Below, in pieces: positions 13,354-27,284 of a DNA stretch of 64,000 nucleotides. The stretch spans positions 99,448,001-99,512,000 of the forward strand of contig OZ024746.1 of NCBI GenBank assembly GCA_964016885.1, given 5' to 3'. How positions within the stretch are numbered: the first letter of the stretch is position 1; the number at the start of each line of letters is the position of its first letter. Source of the DNA: Eledone cirrhosa. Taxonomy: Eukaryota. A program made the translations under genes and the position numbers. The notes under the pieces were generated by a model that was not told where the DNA came from, searched no databases, and saw only the letters and a list, made by a program, of their open reading frames with translations.

Positions 13354-13358
<5 letters not shown>
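13277..13358. repeat. Perfect palindrome (40-bp arms, 2-nt loop) next to (TA)n
   Basis: ATTAAGAGAG...CATCAAAA-ac-TTTTGATG...CTCTCTTAAT. Confidence 0.95.
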
Positions 13359-13407
<49 letters not shown>

Positions 13408-13552
13408 GTATAGGATTATCCTAGACGTAGTAATGGTTAATTACTACACTGGATATGGTTGACGTACGGTGAGAGGTTACTCTACGAGTTATGGAAGAAT
13501 TGCTGAAGAAACTTAGTTCCTGATCCTTCTGTATTCCGGAGTGTAGATAAAT

Positions 13553-13956
<404 letters not shown>

Positions 13957-14435
13957 GGTGGGTATGCATATACGCTCTTAGTGGCAGTCACTCAGTTTCA
14001 ATTTCATATAAAGCCATATGTGTTTACGTATCCATGAGCGATTCCGCCACGTGTTCTACTACCACAGTTTACTTCTGTTTTAAAACCGCGAGCAGGTGTT
14101 TTCTACCAGAAAAAACCGTAGATGCTTTCTTACAATATTGAATGAAATATGAATTGGAAAACAAACATGGTTTATAGTCGCCGCAATACACAAAGCAAAC
14201 TATTCATTTATGAATGAGCAATATGATTGATAAATATTAAATGAGATGTTTGAATGACAAGTCTTCCTTTAATACACGAGTACACACATTCTTCTAGAAA
14301 AGTCTTAGTATATAGTTATCTTGATATTGAGGGATAAATGTCGACAATATCGAACTGTGTGAATATAAATATAAATTTAGGTTTATATGGGATATCTGTG
14401 TATCAAGTTATGAGCTTGGGCTGGTAGAGGTATTG

Positions 14436-14895
14436 AGAGAGGGGAGAGAGATAAGGGACAGGGAGGGAGTGAGGAGGAGAGACAGAGAAGGCAGAGAGAG
14501 AAGGGAGAGAGAGTGGGAGAGAGAGAGCGGAGAGAGAGAAAGGGAGAGGGAGAGAGGAGGAGAGACAGAGAAGGGAGAGAGGGAGTGAACACAGAGAGAC
14601 GGAGGGGAAGCAGGGAGAAAGAAGGGGAAAGCAGAGGAGAGCGACAGATGAGAGAGAGAGGGGAAGAGAGTGGTTGAGAGTGGAGAGAGAGAGGAGAGAG
14701 AGGGGACAAAGAAGTGGAAGATGGAGGGGAGCGAGAGAGGGGAGAGAGAGAGGGGAGAGAGAGTGGAAAGAAAGAGTGGAAAGAGAGGAGAGAGAGAGAG
14801 AGGGAAGAGAGAGTGAAAAGAGCGGAGAGAGACAGGTGAGAAAGAAGTGTAAGATGGAGTGGAGAGAGAGAGAGGAGAGAGAAAGAGTGGAGACA
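14436..14895. repeat. GA-rich polypurine low-complexity tract
   Basis: Degenerate (GA)n. Similar tracts at 19805-20410 and 22765-23255. Confidence 0.9.
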
Positions 14896-14937
14896 TACAT
14901 GGAATGGTGTAGAGCCATTGTAGAGACTGTTGTAATC

Positions 14938-17900
14938 GATAAGTTGTTAGGTGTGTAGCTGACTGTTAAGACGTGGTTTGGTATGGGATAAGTTGTTAGG
15001 TGTGTAGCTGACTGTTAAGACGTGGTTTGGTATGGGATGCGTTGTTAGGTGTGTAGCTGACTGTTAAGACGTGGTTTGGTATCGGATAAGTTGTTAGGTG
15101 TGTAGCTGACTGTTAAGACGTGGTTTGGTATGGGATGCGTTGTTAGGTGTGTAGCTGACTGTTAAGACGTGGTTTGGTATGGGATAAGTTGTTAGGTGTG
15201 TAGCTGACTGTTAAGACGTGGTTTGGTATGGGATGCGTTGTTAGGTGTGTAGCTGACTGTTAAGACGTGGTTTGGTATGGGATGCGTTGTTAGGTGTGTA
15301 GCTGACTGTTAAGACGTGGTTTGGTATGGGATAAGTTGTTAGGTGTGTAGCTGACTGTTAAGACGTGGTTTGGTATGGGATGCGTTGTTAGGTGTGTAGC
15401 TGACTGTTAAGACGTGGTTTGGTATGGGATGCGTTGTTAGGTGTGTAGCTGACTGTTAAGACGTGGTTTGGTATGGGATAAGTTGTTAGGTGTGTAGCTG
15501 ACTGTTAAGACGTGGTTTGGTATGGGATGCGTTGTTAGGTGTGTAGCTGACTGTTAAGACGTGGTTTGGTATGGGATAAGTTGTTAGGTGTGTAGCTGAC
15601 TGTTAAGACGTGGTTTGGTATGGGATGCGTTGTTAGGTGTGTAGCTGACTGTTAAGACGTGGTTTGGTATGGGATAAGTTGTTAGGTGTGTAGCTGACTG
15701 TTAAGACGTGGTTTGGTATGGGATGCGTTGTTAGGTGTGTAGCTGACTGTTAAGACGTGGTTTGGTATGGGATAAGTTGTTAGGTGTGTAGCTGACTGTT
15801 AAGACGTGGTTTGGTATGGGATGCGTTGTTAGGTGTGTAGCTGACTGTTAAGACGTGGTTTGGTATGGGATGCGTTGTTAGGTGTGTAGCTGACTGTTAA
15901 GACGTGGTTTGGTATGGGATGCGTTGTTAGGTGTGTAGCTGACTGTTAAGACGTGGTTTGGTATGGGATAAGTTGTTAGGTGTGTAGCTGACTGTTAAGA
16001 CGTGGTTTGGTATGGGATGCGTTGTTAGGTGTGTAGCTGACTGTTAAGACGTGGTTTGGTATGGGATAAGTTGTTAGGTGTGTAGCTGACTGTTAAGACG
16101 TGGTTTGGTATGGGATAAGTTGTTAGGTGTGTAGCTGACTGTTAAGACGTGGTTTGGTATGGGATAAGTTGTTAGGTGTGTAGCTGACTGTTAAGACGTG
16201 GTTTGGTATGGGATGCGTTGTTAGGTGTGTAGCTGACTGTTAAGACGTGGTTTGGTATGGGATAAGTTGTTAGGTGTGTAGCTGACTGTTAAGACGTGGT
16301 TTGGTATGGGATGCGTTGTTAGGTGTGTAGCTGACTGTTAAGACGTGGTTTGGTATGGGATGCGTTGTTAGGTGTGTAGCTGACTGTTAAGACGTGGTTT
16401 GGTATGGGATGCGTTGTTAGGTGTGTAGCTGACTGTTAAGACGTGGTTTGGTATGGGATAAGTTGTTAGGTGTGTAGCTGACTGTTAAGACGTGGTTTGG
16501 TATGGGATGCGTTGTTAGGTGTGTAGCTGACTGTTAAGACGTGGTTTGGTATGGGATAAGTTGTTAGGTGTGTAACTGACTGTTAAGACGTGGTTTGGTA
16601 TGGGATGCGTTGTTAGGTGTGTAGCTGACTGTTAAGACGTGGTTTGGTATGGGATAAGTTGTTAGGTGTGTAACTGACTGTTAAGACGTGGTTTGGTATG
16701 GGATAAGTTGTTAGGTGTGTAGCTGACTGTTAAGACGTGGTTTGGTATGGGATGCGTTGTTAGGTGTGTAGCTGACTGTTAAGACGTGGTTTGGTATGGG
16801 ATGCGTTGTTAGGTGTGTAGCTGACTGTTAAGACGTGGTTTGGTATGGGATGCGTTGTTAGGTGTGTAGCTGACTGTTAAGACGTGGTTTGGTATGGGAT
16901 GCGTTGTTAGGTGTGTAGCTGACTGTTAAGACGTGGTTTGGTATGGGATGCGTTGTTAGGTGTGTAGCTGACTGTTAAGACGTGGTTTGGTATGGGATGC
17001 GTTGTTAGGTGTGTAGCTGACTGTTAAGACGTGGTTTGGTATGGGATGCGTTGTTAGGTGTGTAGCTGACTGTTAAGACGTGGTTTGGTATGGGATAAGT
17101 TGTTAGGTGTGTAGCTGACTGTTAAGACGTGGTTTGGTATGGGATGCGTTGTTAGGTGTGTAGCTGACTGTTAAGACGTGGTTTGGTATGGGATAAGTTG
17201 TTAGGTGTGTAGCTGACTGTTAAGACGTGGTTTGGTATGGGATGCGTTGTTAGGTGTGTAGCTGACTGTTAAGACGTGGTTTGGTATGGGATAAGTTGTT
17301 AGGTGTGTAGCTGACTGTTAAGACGTGGTTTGGTATGGGATGCGTTGTTAGGTGTGTAGCTGACTGTTAAGACGTGGTTTGGTATGGGATAAGTTGTTAG
17401 GTGTGTAGCTGACTGTTAAGACGTGGTTTGGTATGGGATGCGTTGTTAGGTGTGTAGCTGACTGTTAAGACGTGGTTTGGTATGGGATGCGTTGTTAGGT
17501 GTGTAGCTGACTGTTAAGACGTGGTTTGGTATGGGATGCGTTGTTAGGTGTGTAGCTGACTGTTAAGACGTGGTTTGGTATGGGATAAGTTGTTAGGTGT
17601 GTAGCTGACTGTTAAGACGTGGTTTGGTATGGGATGCGTTGTTAGGTGTGTAGCTGACTGTTAAGACGTGGTTTGGTATGGGATAAGTTGTTAGGTGTGT
17701 AGCTGACTGTTAAGACGTGGTTTGGTATGGGATGCGTTGTTAGGTGTGTAGCTGACTGTTAAGACGTGGTTTGGTATGGGATAAGTTGTTAGGTGTGTAG
17801 CTGACTGTTAAGACGTGGTTTGGTATGGGATGCGTTGTTAGGTGTGTAGCTGACTGTTAAGACGTGGTTTGGTATGGGATAAGTTGTTAGGTGTGTAGCT

Positions 17901-19743
17901 GACTGTTAAGACGTGGTTTGGTATGGGATGCGTTGTTAGGTGTGTAGCTGACTGTTAAGACGTGGTTTGGTATGGGATGCGTTGTTAGGTGTGTAGCTGA
18001 CTGTTAAGACGTGGTTTGGTATGGGATGCGTTGTTAGGTGTGTAGCTGACTGTTAAGACGTGGTTTGGTATGGGATAAGTTGTTAGGTGTGTAGCTGACT
18101 GTTAAGACGTGGTTTGGTATGGGATGCGTTGTTAGGTGTGTAGCTGACTGTTAAGACGTGGTTTGGTATGGGATAAGTTGTTAGGTGTGTAACTGACTGT
18201 TAAGACGTGGTTTGGTATGGGATGCGTTGTTAGGTGTGTAGCTGACTGTTAAGACGTGGTTTGGTATGGGATAAGTTGTTAGGTGTGTAACTGACTGTTA
18301 AGACGTGGTTTGGTATGGGATAAGTTGTTAGGTGTGTAGCTGACTGTTAAGACGTGGTTTGGTATGGGATGCGTTGTTAGGTGTGTAGCTGACTGTTAAG
18401 ACGTGGTTTGGTATGGGATGCGTTGTTAGGTGTGTAGCTGACTGTTAAGACGTGGTTTGGTATGGGATGCGTTGTTAGGTGTGTAGCTGACTGTTAAGAC
18501 GTGGTTTGGTATGGGATGCGTTGTTAGGTGTGTAGCTGACTGTTAAGACGTGGTTTGGTATGGGATGCGTTGTTAGGTGTGTAGCTGACTGTTAAGACGT
18601 GGTTTGGTATGGGATGCGTTGTTAGGTGTGTAGCTGACTGTTAAGACGTGGTTTGGTATGGGATGCGTTGTTAGGTGTGTAGCTGACTGTTAAGACGTGG
18701 TTTGGTATGGGATGCGTTGTTAGGTGTGTAGCTGACTGTTAAGACGTGGTTTGGTATGGGATGCGTTGTTAGGTGTGTAGCTGACTGTTAAGACGTGGTT
18801 TGGTATGGGATGCGTTGTTAGGTGTGTAGCTGACTGTTAAGACGTGGTTTGGTATGGGATAAGTTGTTAGGTGTGTAGCTGACTGTTAAGACGTGGTTTG
18901 GTATGGGATGCGTTGTTAGGTGTGTAGCTGACTGTTAAGACGTGGTTTGGTATGGGATAAGTTGTTAGGTGTGTAGCTGACTGTTAAGACGTGGTTTGGT
19001 ATGGGATGCGTTGTTAGGTGTGTAGCTGACTGTTAAGACGTGGTTTGGTATGGGATGCGTTGTTAGGTGTGTAGCTGACTGTTAAGACGTGGTTTGGTAT
19101 GGGATAAGTTGTTAGGTGTGTAGCTGACTGTTAAGACGTGGTTTGGTATGGGATGCGTTGTCAGGTGTGTAGCTGACTGTTAAGACGTGGTTTGGTATGG
19201 GATGCGTTGTTAGGTGTGTAGCTGACTGTTAAGACGTGGTTTGGTATGGGATAAGTTGTTAGGTGTGTAGCTGACTGTTAAGACGTGGTTTGGTATGGGA
19301 TAAGTTGTTAGGTGTGTAGCTGACTGTTAAGACGTGGTTTGGTATGGGATAAGTTGTTAGGTGTGTAGCTGACTGTTAAGACGTGGTTTGGTATGGGATA
19401 AGTTGTTAGGTGTGTAGCTGACTGTTAAGACGTGGTTTGGTATGGGATGCGTTGTTAGGTGTGTAGCTGACTGTTAAGTCGTGGTTTGGTATGGGATGCG
19501 TTGTTAGGTGTGTAGCTGACTGTTAAGACGTGGTTTGGTATGGGATAAGTTGTTAGGTGTGTAGCTGACTGTTAAGACGTGGTTTGGTATGGGATGCGTT
19601 GTTAGGTGTGTAGCTGACTGTTAAGACGTGGTTTGGTATGGGATGCGTTGTTAGGTGTGTAGCTGACTGTTAAGACGTGGTTTGGTATGGGATGCGTTGT
19701 TAGGTGTGTAGCTGACTGTTAAGACGTGGTTTGGTATGGGATG
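14938..19743. repeat. 49-bp satellite, about 98 copies, two interspersed variants
   Basis: Unit GTTGTTAGGTGTGTAGCTGACTGTTAAGACGTGGTTTGGTATGGGAT(AA/GC). Confidence 0.98.
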
Positions 19744-20616
19744 ATGTTTATAATGGTGTAACATAAGTACGCATGCGTGTGTGGGAATGTTGAGAACATG
19801 ACGATGAGAGAGGGGAGAGAGAGGAGGGGAGAGCGGGGAGGGGAGAGAGAGGAGGGATGAGAGAGGGGAGAGGGAAGGGAGAGAGGGGGAGAGGGAGTGA
19901 GATTGTTATTTGTTCATATATTGTATAATGTCGTGTTTCGTGAAAATTAGAATCTTTAATTACGTCTGAAATAGGGTAAAGGGGGAGAGGGTAGTGAGAG
20001 GGGAGAGGGGGTGAGAGGAAGGGGGAGAGGGTAGAGAGAGGGGGAGTGAGAGGGGAGAGGGGGTGAGAGGAAGGGTGAGGGGTTGAGAGAGGAGGGGAGT
20101 GAGAGGAAGGGGAGTGAGAGGAAGGGGAGAGGGTAGAGAGAGGAGGGGAGTGAGAGGAAGGTGGAGAGGGAGAGAGAGGCAGAGAGGGGGGGAGAGAGAG
20201 AGAGGAAGGGAGTGAGAGGGTAGAGTGAGGAGGGGAGAGAGATGAGAGAGGGGAGAGGGGAGAGAGTGAAGGAGGGGTGAGAGAGAGGGGAGAGAGAGAG
20301 ATGGGAGAGAGTGAAGGCGAGGGTGAGGGAGAGAGGGGAGAGAGAGGGGAGAGAGAGGGGAGAGAGAGGAGAGCGTGGGAGAAATGGGAAAGAGAGAGAG
20401 AGAGAGAAAGTTATAAGCCATAGAGAAATAGAGACGACACACGTGCAGAAAGATCAATAGTGTGATTGAGAAACCAATATAGACAAGTAAAATACAGACA
20501 GATCGATAGAAGAGGAAAGAGTTGACGTTAGGGAGGAGGTAAACTAAGATATTGTCTTTGATGATAAAATCACGGGGTGACACATTCACTCTGAGTAGGT
20601 GGGAGACAGTGGTTTT

Positions 20617-20708
20617 TCTTCTTCTTCTTCTTCTTCTTCTTCTTCTTCTTCTTCTTCTTCTTCTTCTTCTTCTTCTTCTTCTTCTTCTTCTTCTTCTTCT
20701 TCTTCTTC
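20617..20708. repeat. (CTT)n microsatellite
   Basis: About 30 pure repeats. Confidence 0.95.
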
Positions 20709-20739
20709 ATTCACAGTAAGGAAATATATATAATTCTCT

Positions 20740-20960
20740 TCTACATCTTCACCCACTTATTCCTGAGAGGGTCGTGGGGGCAGAACCCCCAAACACCATT
20801 AACAGAGGTTCCTGTCAGAAGCAACAGTCTCCAATAGATCCGACTGAATCCCCGAGACCAGCCTTGCTCATGGATGTTATCCAAGCGCATCCTTCTTGGG
20901 GTGGGTCTACCCCTGGGTCTCCAGCCGGTTGGTTATTGCCAGTAGTTATTGTCCATAGTA
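20740..20960 (-). mobile_element. RTE-clade LINE 3' end
   Basis: Homologous to 24640-24845 (PTGWRPRGRP...WLDNI). Confidence 0.75.
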
Positions 20961-22003
20961 ACAAATATAGCGAGTGAGGCCAATCTAGAACAAACGAGAA
21001 TAGAAAACAGAGTTTTGTGGGGTGGATCTGATGAGAGGACCACGTGGAGTTATCGCTTCTATATGAGCTCTCTCTTCTCCCTTTCTTCTATGGCCCAAGT
21101 GTCCTTACTTTCTCTTTCCTTTTCCTCTAATTTATGGCATTCATAGTCCTTTCCTCTACTTTTCCATACAGTCAGATTTACTTGCCCTTCTTTACCACAT
21201 CCCCTTCTTTTCTTATTACCTAATTTTATCTTTTTGACATAGGGTGGAAGAACTCTTAAGAGTCAACGGCCATCTAAAAAAAAAAATTTTTTTAAATCCT
21301 GCCAAATCAATGGGTGGCAGTAGTTCCAGCTGCACACATCGAAAGACTGGTGTAGTGGTTCTGAGAACAATGTGGCTTTGCAGATGATCAATGCAAATTG
21401 ACAATGGAAAGGTGCTCCCACTCGAGGTAGAAGAGAACTATTGACCTCCAGGAGAAGCAGCGACCCGTGATTGTATTCAGCAACCGAAACAAATATGAAG
21501 TATACCAAATCCAATTCTCCTAGGGGCGGCTCTGGTTCTTCTTATTTGCGAGTGTAAACTCGGCCAAATTAGATTAGATAATTGTGTCTTTATCTCTTTT
21601 TTTTATATTTATGTAATTATCAATGGGTTTTAAGCCAAATTTGTGAGTTTAATTTCAATAACATTTCTGTTAAAAAATAGAACAAAACAAAAAGCAAGTA
21701 TGAAGTAGAAATGTGTTTCTAGCGAGTTTCATATTTTCAGTAGTAGTGGGCTCGTCATATTCTATCTGGGGCCATATTGTAGTGAGGTGAAAAGGTAATT
21801 TGATACAGTGACATGGCATCATTCGATCAGCATTTTGTTCGACAGTACATCTCAGCAGACTGGAAACAAATACCCCCCCCCCCCCCATCGAACGAAACTG
21901 TAGTTCATTATAGAATCACTATATATTTCACATATAAACAGACCAAGTATGTGCACACGCACATACTTGGTCTGTGAAATATATATGTGTGCGTATAAGC
22001 GTG

Positions 22004-22054
<51 letters not shown>

Positions 22055-22060
<6 letters not shown>

Positions 22061-22147
22061 ATTTTTAAGGAGGGTCATATTGTTATAATATTGCCAAAAA
22101 TAATAACGGGAAAAAACATAATAGTACCACTGTAGAACTTTGATAGG

Positions 22148-22191
<44 letters not shown>

Positions 22192-22396
22192 CTGTATTTA
22201 TAACCGTTGGTCAATCAATGATAAACATTGATTGCCGGATGAATTAACTATGGAGATATAAAAGATACAGACGCGAAAAGCAACCAAACAGTGAGTGTGT
22301 TCTGTTATTATTTCTGGCAATATTATAACGATATGAGCCTCCCCAAGTATAAGAATATTGGTTTCAACACACGATTTCATATCAAAAACCTTGCAA

Positions 22397-22402
<6 letters not shown>
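22055..22402. mobile_element. PLE pseudo-LTR tail fragments (relative of the 30-32 kb family)
   Basis: 22334-22402 encodes MSLPKYKNIGFNTRFHIKNLAKQ, similar to 31855-31925. An inverted piece lies at 22055-22125. (TA)n flanks and separates the pieces. Confidence 0.7.
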
Positions 22403-22452
<50 letters not shown>

Positions 22453-22680
22453 ATATTTTATTGTATTATCTATTTCAGTTCATACACATAACCTAAAGCT
22501 ACCCAAGGTACCAACACTCAATATTGACCATTCTCAAGAACGTAAGAGGGGTCACTATTGTGACCTAATATTTAGTCACTTACAGGAGAGTTTTTAATAT
22601 CTCAGTTCTGTTCTCGGTTGAGCAGTTTCCATTCCTCCTTTCTCACACATACGGCGGACATTTCTATATATCCATCCATA

Positions 22681-22717
<37 letters not shown>

Positions 22718-22759
22718 GTGTGCGTTAGTGTGTGTGTGTGTGTATGTGTGTGTGTGTTT

Positions 22760-22820
<61 letters not shown>

Positions 22821-23784
22821 ATGGGAGAGGAGAGAGAGAAGGAGAGAGAAGGGGACAGAGGGAGAGAGAGGGAGAGATAGGGGAGAGAGAGATGTGAGAG
22901 AGTGAGAGAAATTGAGGGAGAGGAGAGAGTGAGAGAGAAAGAGAGAGGGGGAGAGATGGGAGAGAGAAGGAGAGAGAAGGGGACAGAGGGATAGAGAGGG
23001 AGAGATAGGGGAGAGAGAGAGATGTGAGAGTGAGATGTGAGAGTGAGAGAAATTGAGATGGGAGAGAGAAGGAGAGAGAAGGGGACAGAGGGAGAGAGAT
23101 GTGAGAGAGTGAGAGAAATTGAGAGAGAGGAGAGAGTGAGAGAGAAAGAGAGAGGGGAGAGATGGGAGAGAGAAGGAAAGAGAGGGAGAGAGAGGGAAAG
23201 AGAGTGTGTGTGAGAGAGAGGGAAAGAGAGAGTGTGTGAGAGAGAGAGTGGAGGGAAATACAGACAGTGTTGGTGTTACTGTTAATAGACAACAGACTAT
23301 AAAGAAATAGGGAATAGAAGTTCATGAATGAGAAAGGCAGAATGTTTCTATATCTGAACCCCGTGTGTAGAGTACAGTCTTAGCTCCTAAACTGCCATAG
23401 CATACCTGGGGGGGGGGTGTGTGACAAATGCAGCTGAAGTACATATAAACAGCGTATAACAGCACCACTCTCCACCCCAGTCCCCAGTGTTATGGATCTT
23501 CACCTCGTTTCAAAACATTCTTTATTCAACTAAAGCTATAAGTGGTATCCCTAACATATCACCCGGCTTAACACCACGATCTGGCCTTCAGATGCTCTTG
23601 GCTCCACCTGAGTCAACTCCGTTGCAAGCCTTAGATGGTAAGTTTAACAGAACCCGGCTTAACACAAAGGTCTGTCTTTAGCTGTGTTTATCTCTTTCAG
23701 ATATAAAACAGTATTGCAAGCCTTAGGTTTCTTCCGATCGGCTTTTGTTTCCAGTCCAAAATACCAATCGAACGAAACCATTCA

Positions 23785-24346
23785 GACGCCATGCTTTGCA
23801 ACATGGAATTATGGCCCTTTACTTTCTAAGTTCAACTCCCGCCGAGGTTAACTTTGACTTTCATCCTTACGGGATCGATAAAATAAAACACCAGTAATAT
23901 ACTGCGGTAATTTCTGGCCTTGTGCCGAAAATATAAACAATTACTATTTTATCTCTCATATATATAAATAGATATTAGACGTCTCTACATGATCCTTGGG
24001 TACAATTACAGGACATCATTCGGTTACATGCATTGGGTTTAGAATTGAACCCTTCTGGAAATACCGCCGGGACCCCCGTATTTTCTGCAGAAAACCATCG
24101 CTTCAAACTCAACATGAGGAGGTTATAGGCATTGCTCCCTTTACCTCACGACCCAGCGAGAAATAATTGTTTCTACTTTTGGCATCAGGCCAGCAATTAT
24201 GCCAGTGTATTACTGGTACTTTATTTTATCGACCCCGTAAGGATGAAAGGCAAAGTTAACCTCAGTGGAATTTGAACTCAGATCATAAAGGGAGGTAACT
24301 CTATGCTTCAAAGCATGGCGCCCGACCCTCTACCGATACTGCCAAT
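23785..24346. mobile_element. Two SINE family A copies in opposite orientation
   Basis: 23785-23945 (+) and 24161-24346 (-). Confidence 0.75.
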
Positions 24347-24399
24347 AGAAATAATGATTTTTAATTTTGATTATCTTCATTTCGGTATTTGTGCCAACT

Positions 24400-24845
24400 C
24401 TTACCTATGGTCATGAATCTTGTGTAATAACCAAAAGAATGCGATCGCGAATAAAAGCGGCCCGAATGGGGTTCCTCTGAAAGCTCTTTGGAGTAACATT
24501 TCTCGATAAAGTGCGTAGCTTGGAGATCAGAGCGTCATTCCAGGTAGAGCAGCTACTTCTCTGAATTGAGAGATCACAGCTTTGGTACTATAGGCATATG
24601 GTTAGAATGTCTAAGGAAAGATTCGTTGGACAGATTTTACGGGAAAAACCAACTGGCTGGAGACCCAGAGGTAGACCTCGAGCAAGTTGGTTAGATAATA
24701 TCCATGTGCTTGGCTGCTCTCGCTTGGGGATCAAGGCGGATCAGTTGGAGACGTTTGCTTCTGATATGACCCCCTCTGGATGGGGTGTTTGAGGACTCTG
24801 CCCCCACGACCCTCTCAGGAATAAGAGGGCGAAGAAGAAAGAAAT
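24400..24845 (+). mobile_element. RTE-clade LINE 3' fragment
   Basis: IERSQLWYYRHMVRMSKERFVGQILREKPTGWRPRGRPRASWLDNI with a (GAA)n tail. Confidence 0.85.
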
Positions 24846-25222
24846 TTTAGAAGGAAGGGAAAAATCGATTATACCCCCTGTACTTATTTTATTGCTCTAA
24901 TGACTGCCAATCCACTGCCCTTCAACCTAATAATAATAGAGTTAACAAAGGAACCTCTTCATGATCGCTTGACCTGCAAAATATGATAGTCAAATCTCCC
25001 TGAAATCCCATATTTCCATCTTTAGAAGAAGCTGATAAAAATAAGAACACCTTAGATAATGTTGCCTTACATACGAGTACAAAGAGCGATGGTCATGGAT
25101 GGAATGCCTTTCCCTATAGGTTTACCAGATCATGGTTGACCTAGGTGGATAAACAACAACAACAACAAGAGCAACAACAATAACAACAACAACGTAGAAA
25201 ATTAAGAAAAAGATTGGCTTAC

Positions 25223-25326
25223 CTTCCGGTTGAGAACAAAACACCATTGGCTGCCCCGAAACATGACATAACAACAAACATTGGCATAATCCAAGCCATG
25301 ATTCCGAGGACACTTTCACCCCAAAA
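25223..25326 (-). CDS. SLC7 (LAT/b0,+AT-like) amino-acid transporter, internal exon (104 bp)
   Basis: ctag|FWGESVLGIMAWIMPMFVVMSCFGAANGVLFSTG(R)|gtaag. Phase 0 to 2, compatible with the 38269-38392 exon. Confidence 0.93.
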
Positions 25327-25516
25327 CTAGAAAATATAATAATAGTGATAATAGAATTAATAATGTGGCTGTGAGGGGGGTGGGGTAGCTCCCAAAGGTT
25401 TGAGAATCTGTTTTAGGTTAACTTTGAAGCGGTGACGTTGATGGTTATGCTGGTGGGTACATACACAAACATCGTAAACTGCATACATAAGTAGGTCATT
25501 TGATTAATTGAGTGAA

Positions 25517-25922
25517 ACAGGTAAAATTCCGTTATAACGAATACCATTATAACGAATTTTTCAGTATAACGAAATTTTTTTCAATTGCCGAGGTAATAAC
25601 AAAGACTCGATTTGATTGGGTCGATCTCGTTATAAAGAATTTTAGGTTCCAAGGATTTTTTTTTATACACCGTGAATTCCATTATAACGGAATTTCACTG
25701 TATTATCTCGAGCATTGAAAACAATTTCGTAATATTGAAAAATTCGTTATAAGGTATTCGTTATAACGGAATTTTACTTGTATAACGAAATCTTTTCAGT
25801 CCCCGAGATAATAACAAACAAACGTTCGATTTGTTTCGGTCGATCTCATTATAAAGAATTTTTCATTACAACGAATTCTTTTTATACCCCGTGAATTTGG
25901 TTGTAACGGAATTTCGCTGTAT
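25517..25922. mobile_element. Tigger/pogo-like MITE pieces (two rearranged copies)
   Basis: CAGGTAAAATTCCGTTATAACGAA ... TTATAACGGAATTTCACTGTA termini. The internal sequence is repeated. Confidence 0.65.
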
Positions 25923-26035
25923 ATACTTACACTGCATACACTAGTTCGCAGATAGAATTTCGTCCTCCATCTTTCTCTACCTCTATTCCTACTATACGGA
26001 GATATGTTCCTCTCAAGTGAATGTATTGCTTGCAC

Positions 26036-26181
26036 CAGTGAAGGGCAAACTGCGGCCTGTTTACACTTCTGAATGGCACGCCTGATTTCAGAATTGCCTT
26101 GAATATTTTAGTAGTCCGGCTCCTCATATGATGAACCACATCCTATGTGACCTACTACTCAAAAAAGGTCGCCCATACCTG
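26036..26181. mobile_element. hAT/Charlie-like MITE
   Basis: CAGTGAAGGGCAAAC ... GGTCGCCCATACCTG. A second copy lies at 38432-38596. Confidence 0.65.
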
Positions 26182-26719
26182 GCTTACCTTATCCATTCGG
26201 ACTACACGACCAATCAAGATGTTACTAATAACAGCTAATTTTCCATAAAATAACTGTTATTACGACTTTAATAAGAGAAAGCACATTTAGTAATGTAGTT
26301 CTCGATATCTCTTTTGAAATTTCTAGGGCAGTCACGGGTGGAATGTCAGCACAAATGTCAGCACAGTTAAGGTCGTTGACTTGCTGCTAAACATTCACAA
26401 CCTGATTAACCTATTTCACCCCCCCCCTCTTCACCCTCCACTTCCCCTTCATTAACACCTTTAACTCACCCCACCCCCCATATCTCAGTCTCGTTCAATC
26501 TTCTCTCGCCTGACTGGATCTCTGGATTTCATTTCCGTTAACATATTTCCTGCAAACTTCGACCTACAGAAGCAGGAGCGGAATAACAGCCTAATCGATA
26601 TTTTCAATAGAATATTTATATTCCAACTAATATACACCTGTCTTTGTCTCAGCTTCTTATTGCAAATCTCAGGTATATGGCACTCCTCCTATGATCAACT
26701 TATAATAAATGTATTGGGG

Positions 26720-27140
26720 TTCGAATTTAGGAACAAGGCTAGCAATTTTGGGTTGCGGGAAAGGTCGATTATATGGTCACCAATAGTTGCCTAGAACTTT
26801 ATTTTATTCACCCACAAAGCATGAAAGACAAAGTTGACTTCGACAGGATTTGAACTCAAAGCGTGAAGAGCCTGAACCGATATTGCAAAACATTTGTCCG
26901 ACGTTCTAACGATTCTACTAATCTACACGAAAACAACAAAAACAAAAATAGCCGTTTCTACTTTTGGCTCAAGGCCAGCAATTATCCCAGTGCATTACTG
27001 GTACTATATTTTATCGACCCCGTAAGGATGAACGTCAAAGTTAGGCTCGGCGAGATTTGAACTCAGATCATAAAGGGCTGTAACTCTATGCTGCAAAGCA
27101 AGGTGTCTGACCCACTACTGATACAGCCAATCCACTGCCA
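26720..27140 (-). mobile_element. Two SINE copies
   Basis: 26720-26925 (diverged) and 26950-27140. Confidence 0.75.
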
Positions 27141-27284
27141 AACATCAATAAAAATAACAAAAGAAAAACTAAGCAAATCACAATACTGTGAACCGTCCAA
27201 CAATATTTAATTGAAAATAAAAAAATAAAACCTCAGATCATATATTAATACAAATCACAGCCTCGTGATCTCAGGGGCCAGGGT

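Noticed and set aside
14938-19743. CRISPR-like or telomeric array
   Set aside because: There are no unique spacers and the context is eukaryotic. TTAGG occurs once per 49-bp unit, not as a telomeric run.
21220-21273. 54-bp AG...GT segment on the minus strand, phase-compatible with the SLC7 gene
   Set aside because: The peptide WPLTLKSSSTLCQKDKI has no resemblance to the expected next SLC7 exon (AREGH motif). It is likely chance without RNA evidence. No further SLC7 exons were found by eye.
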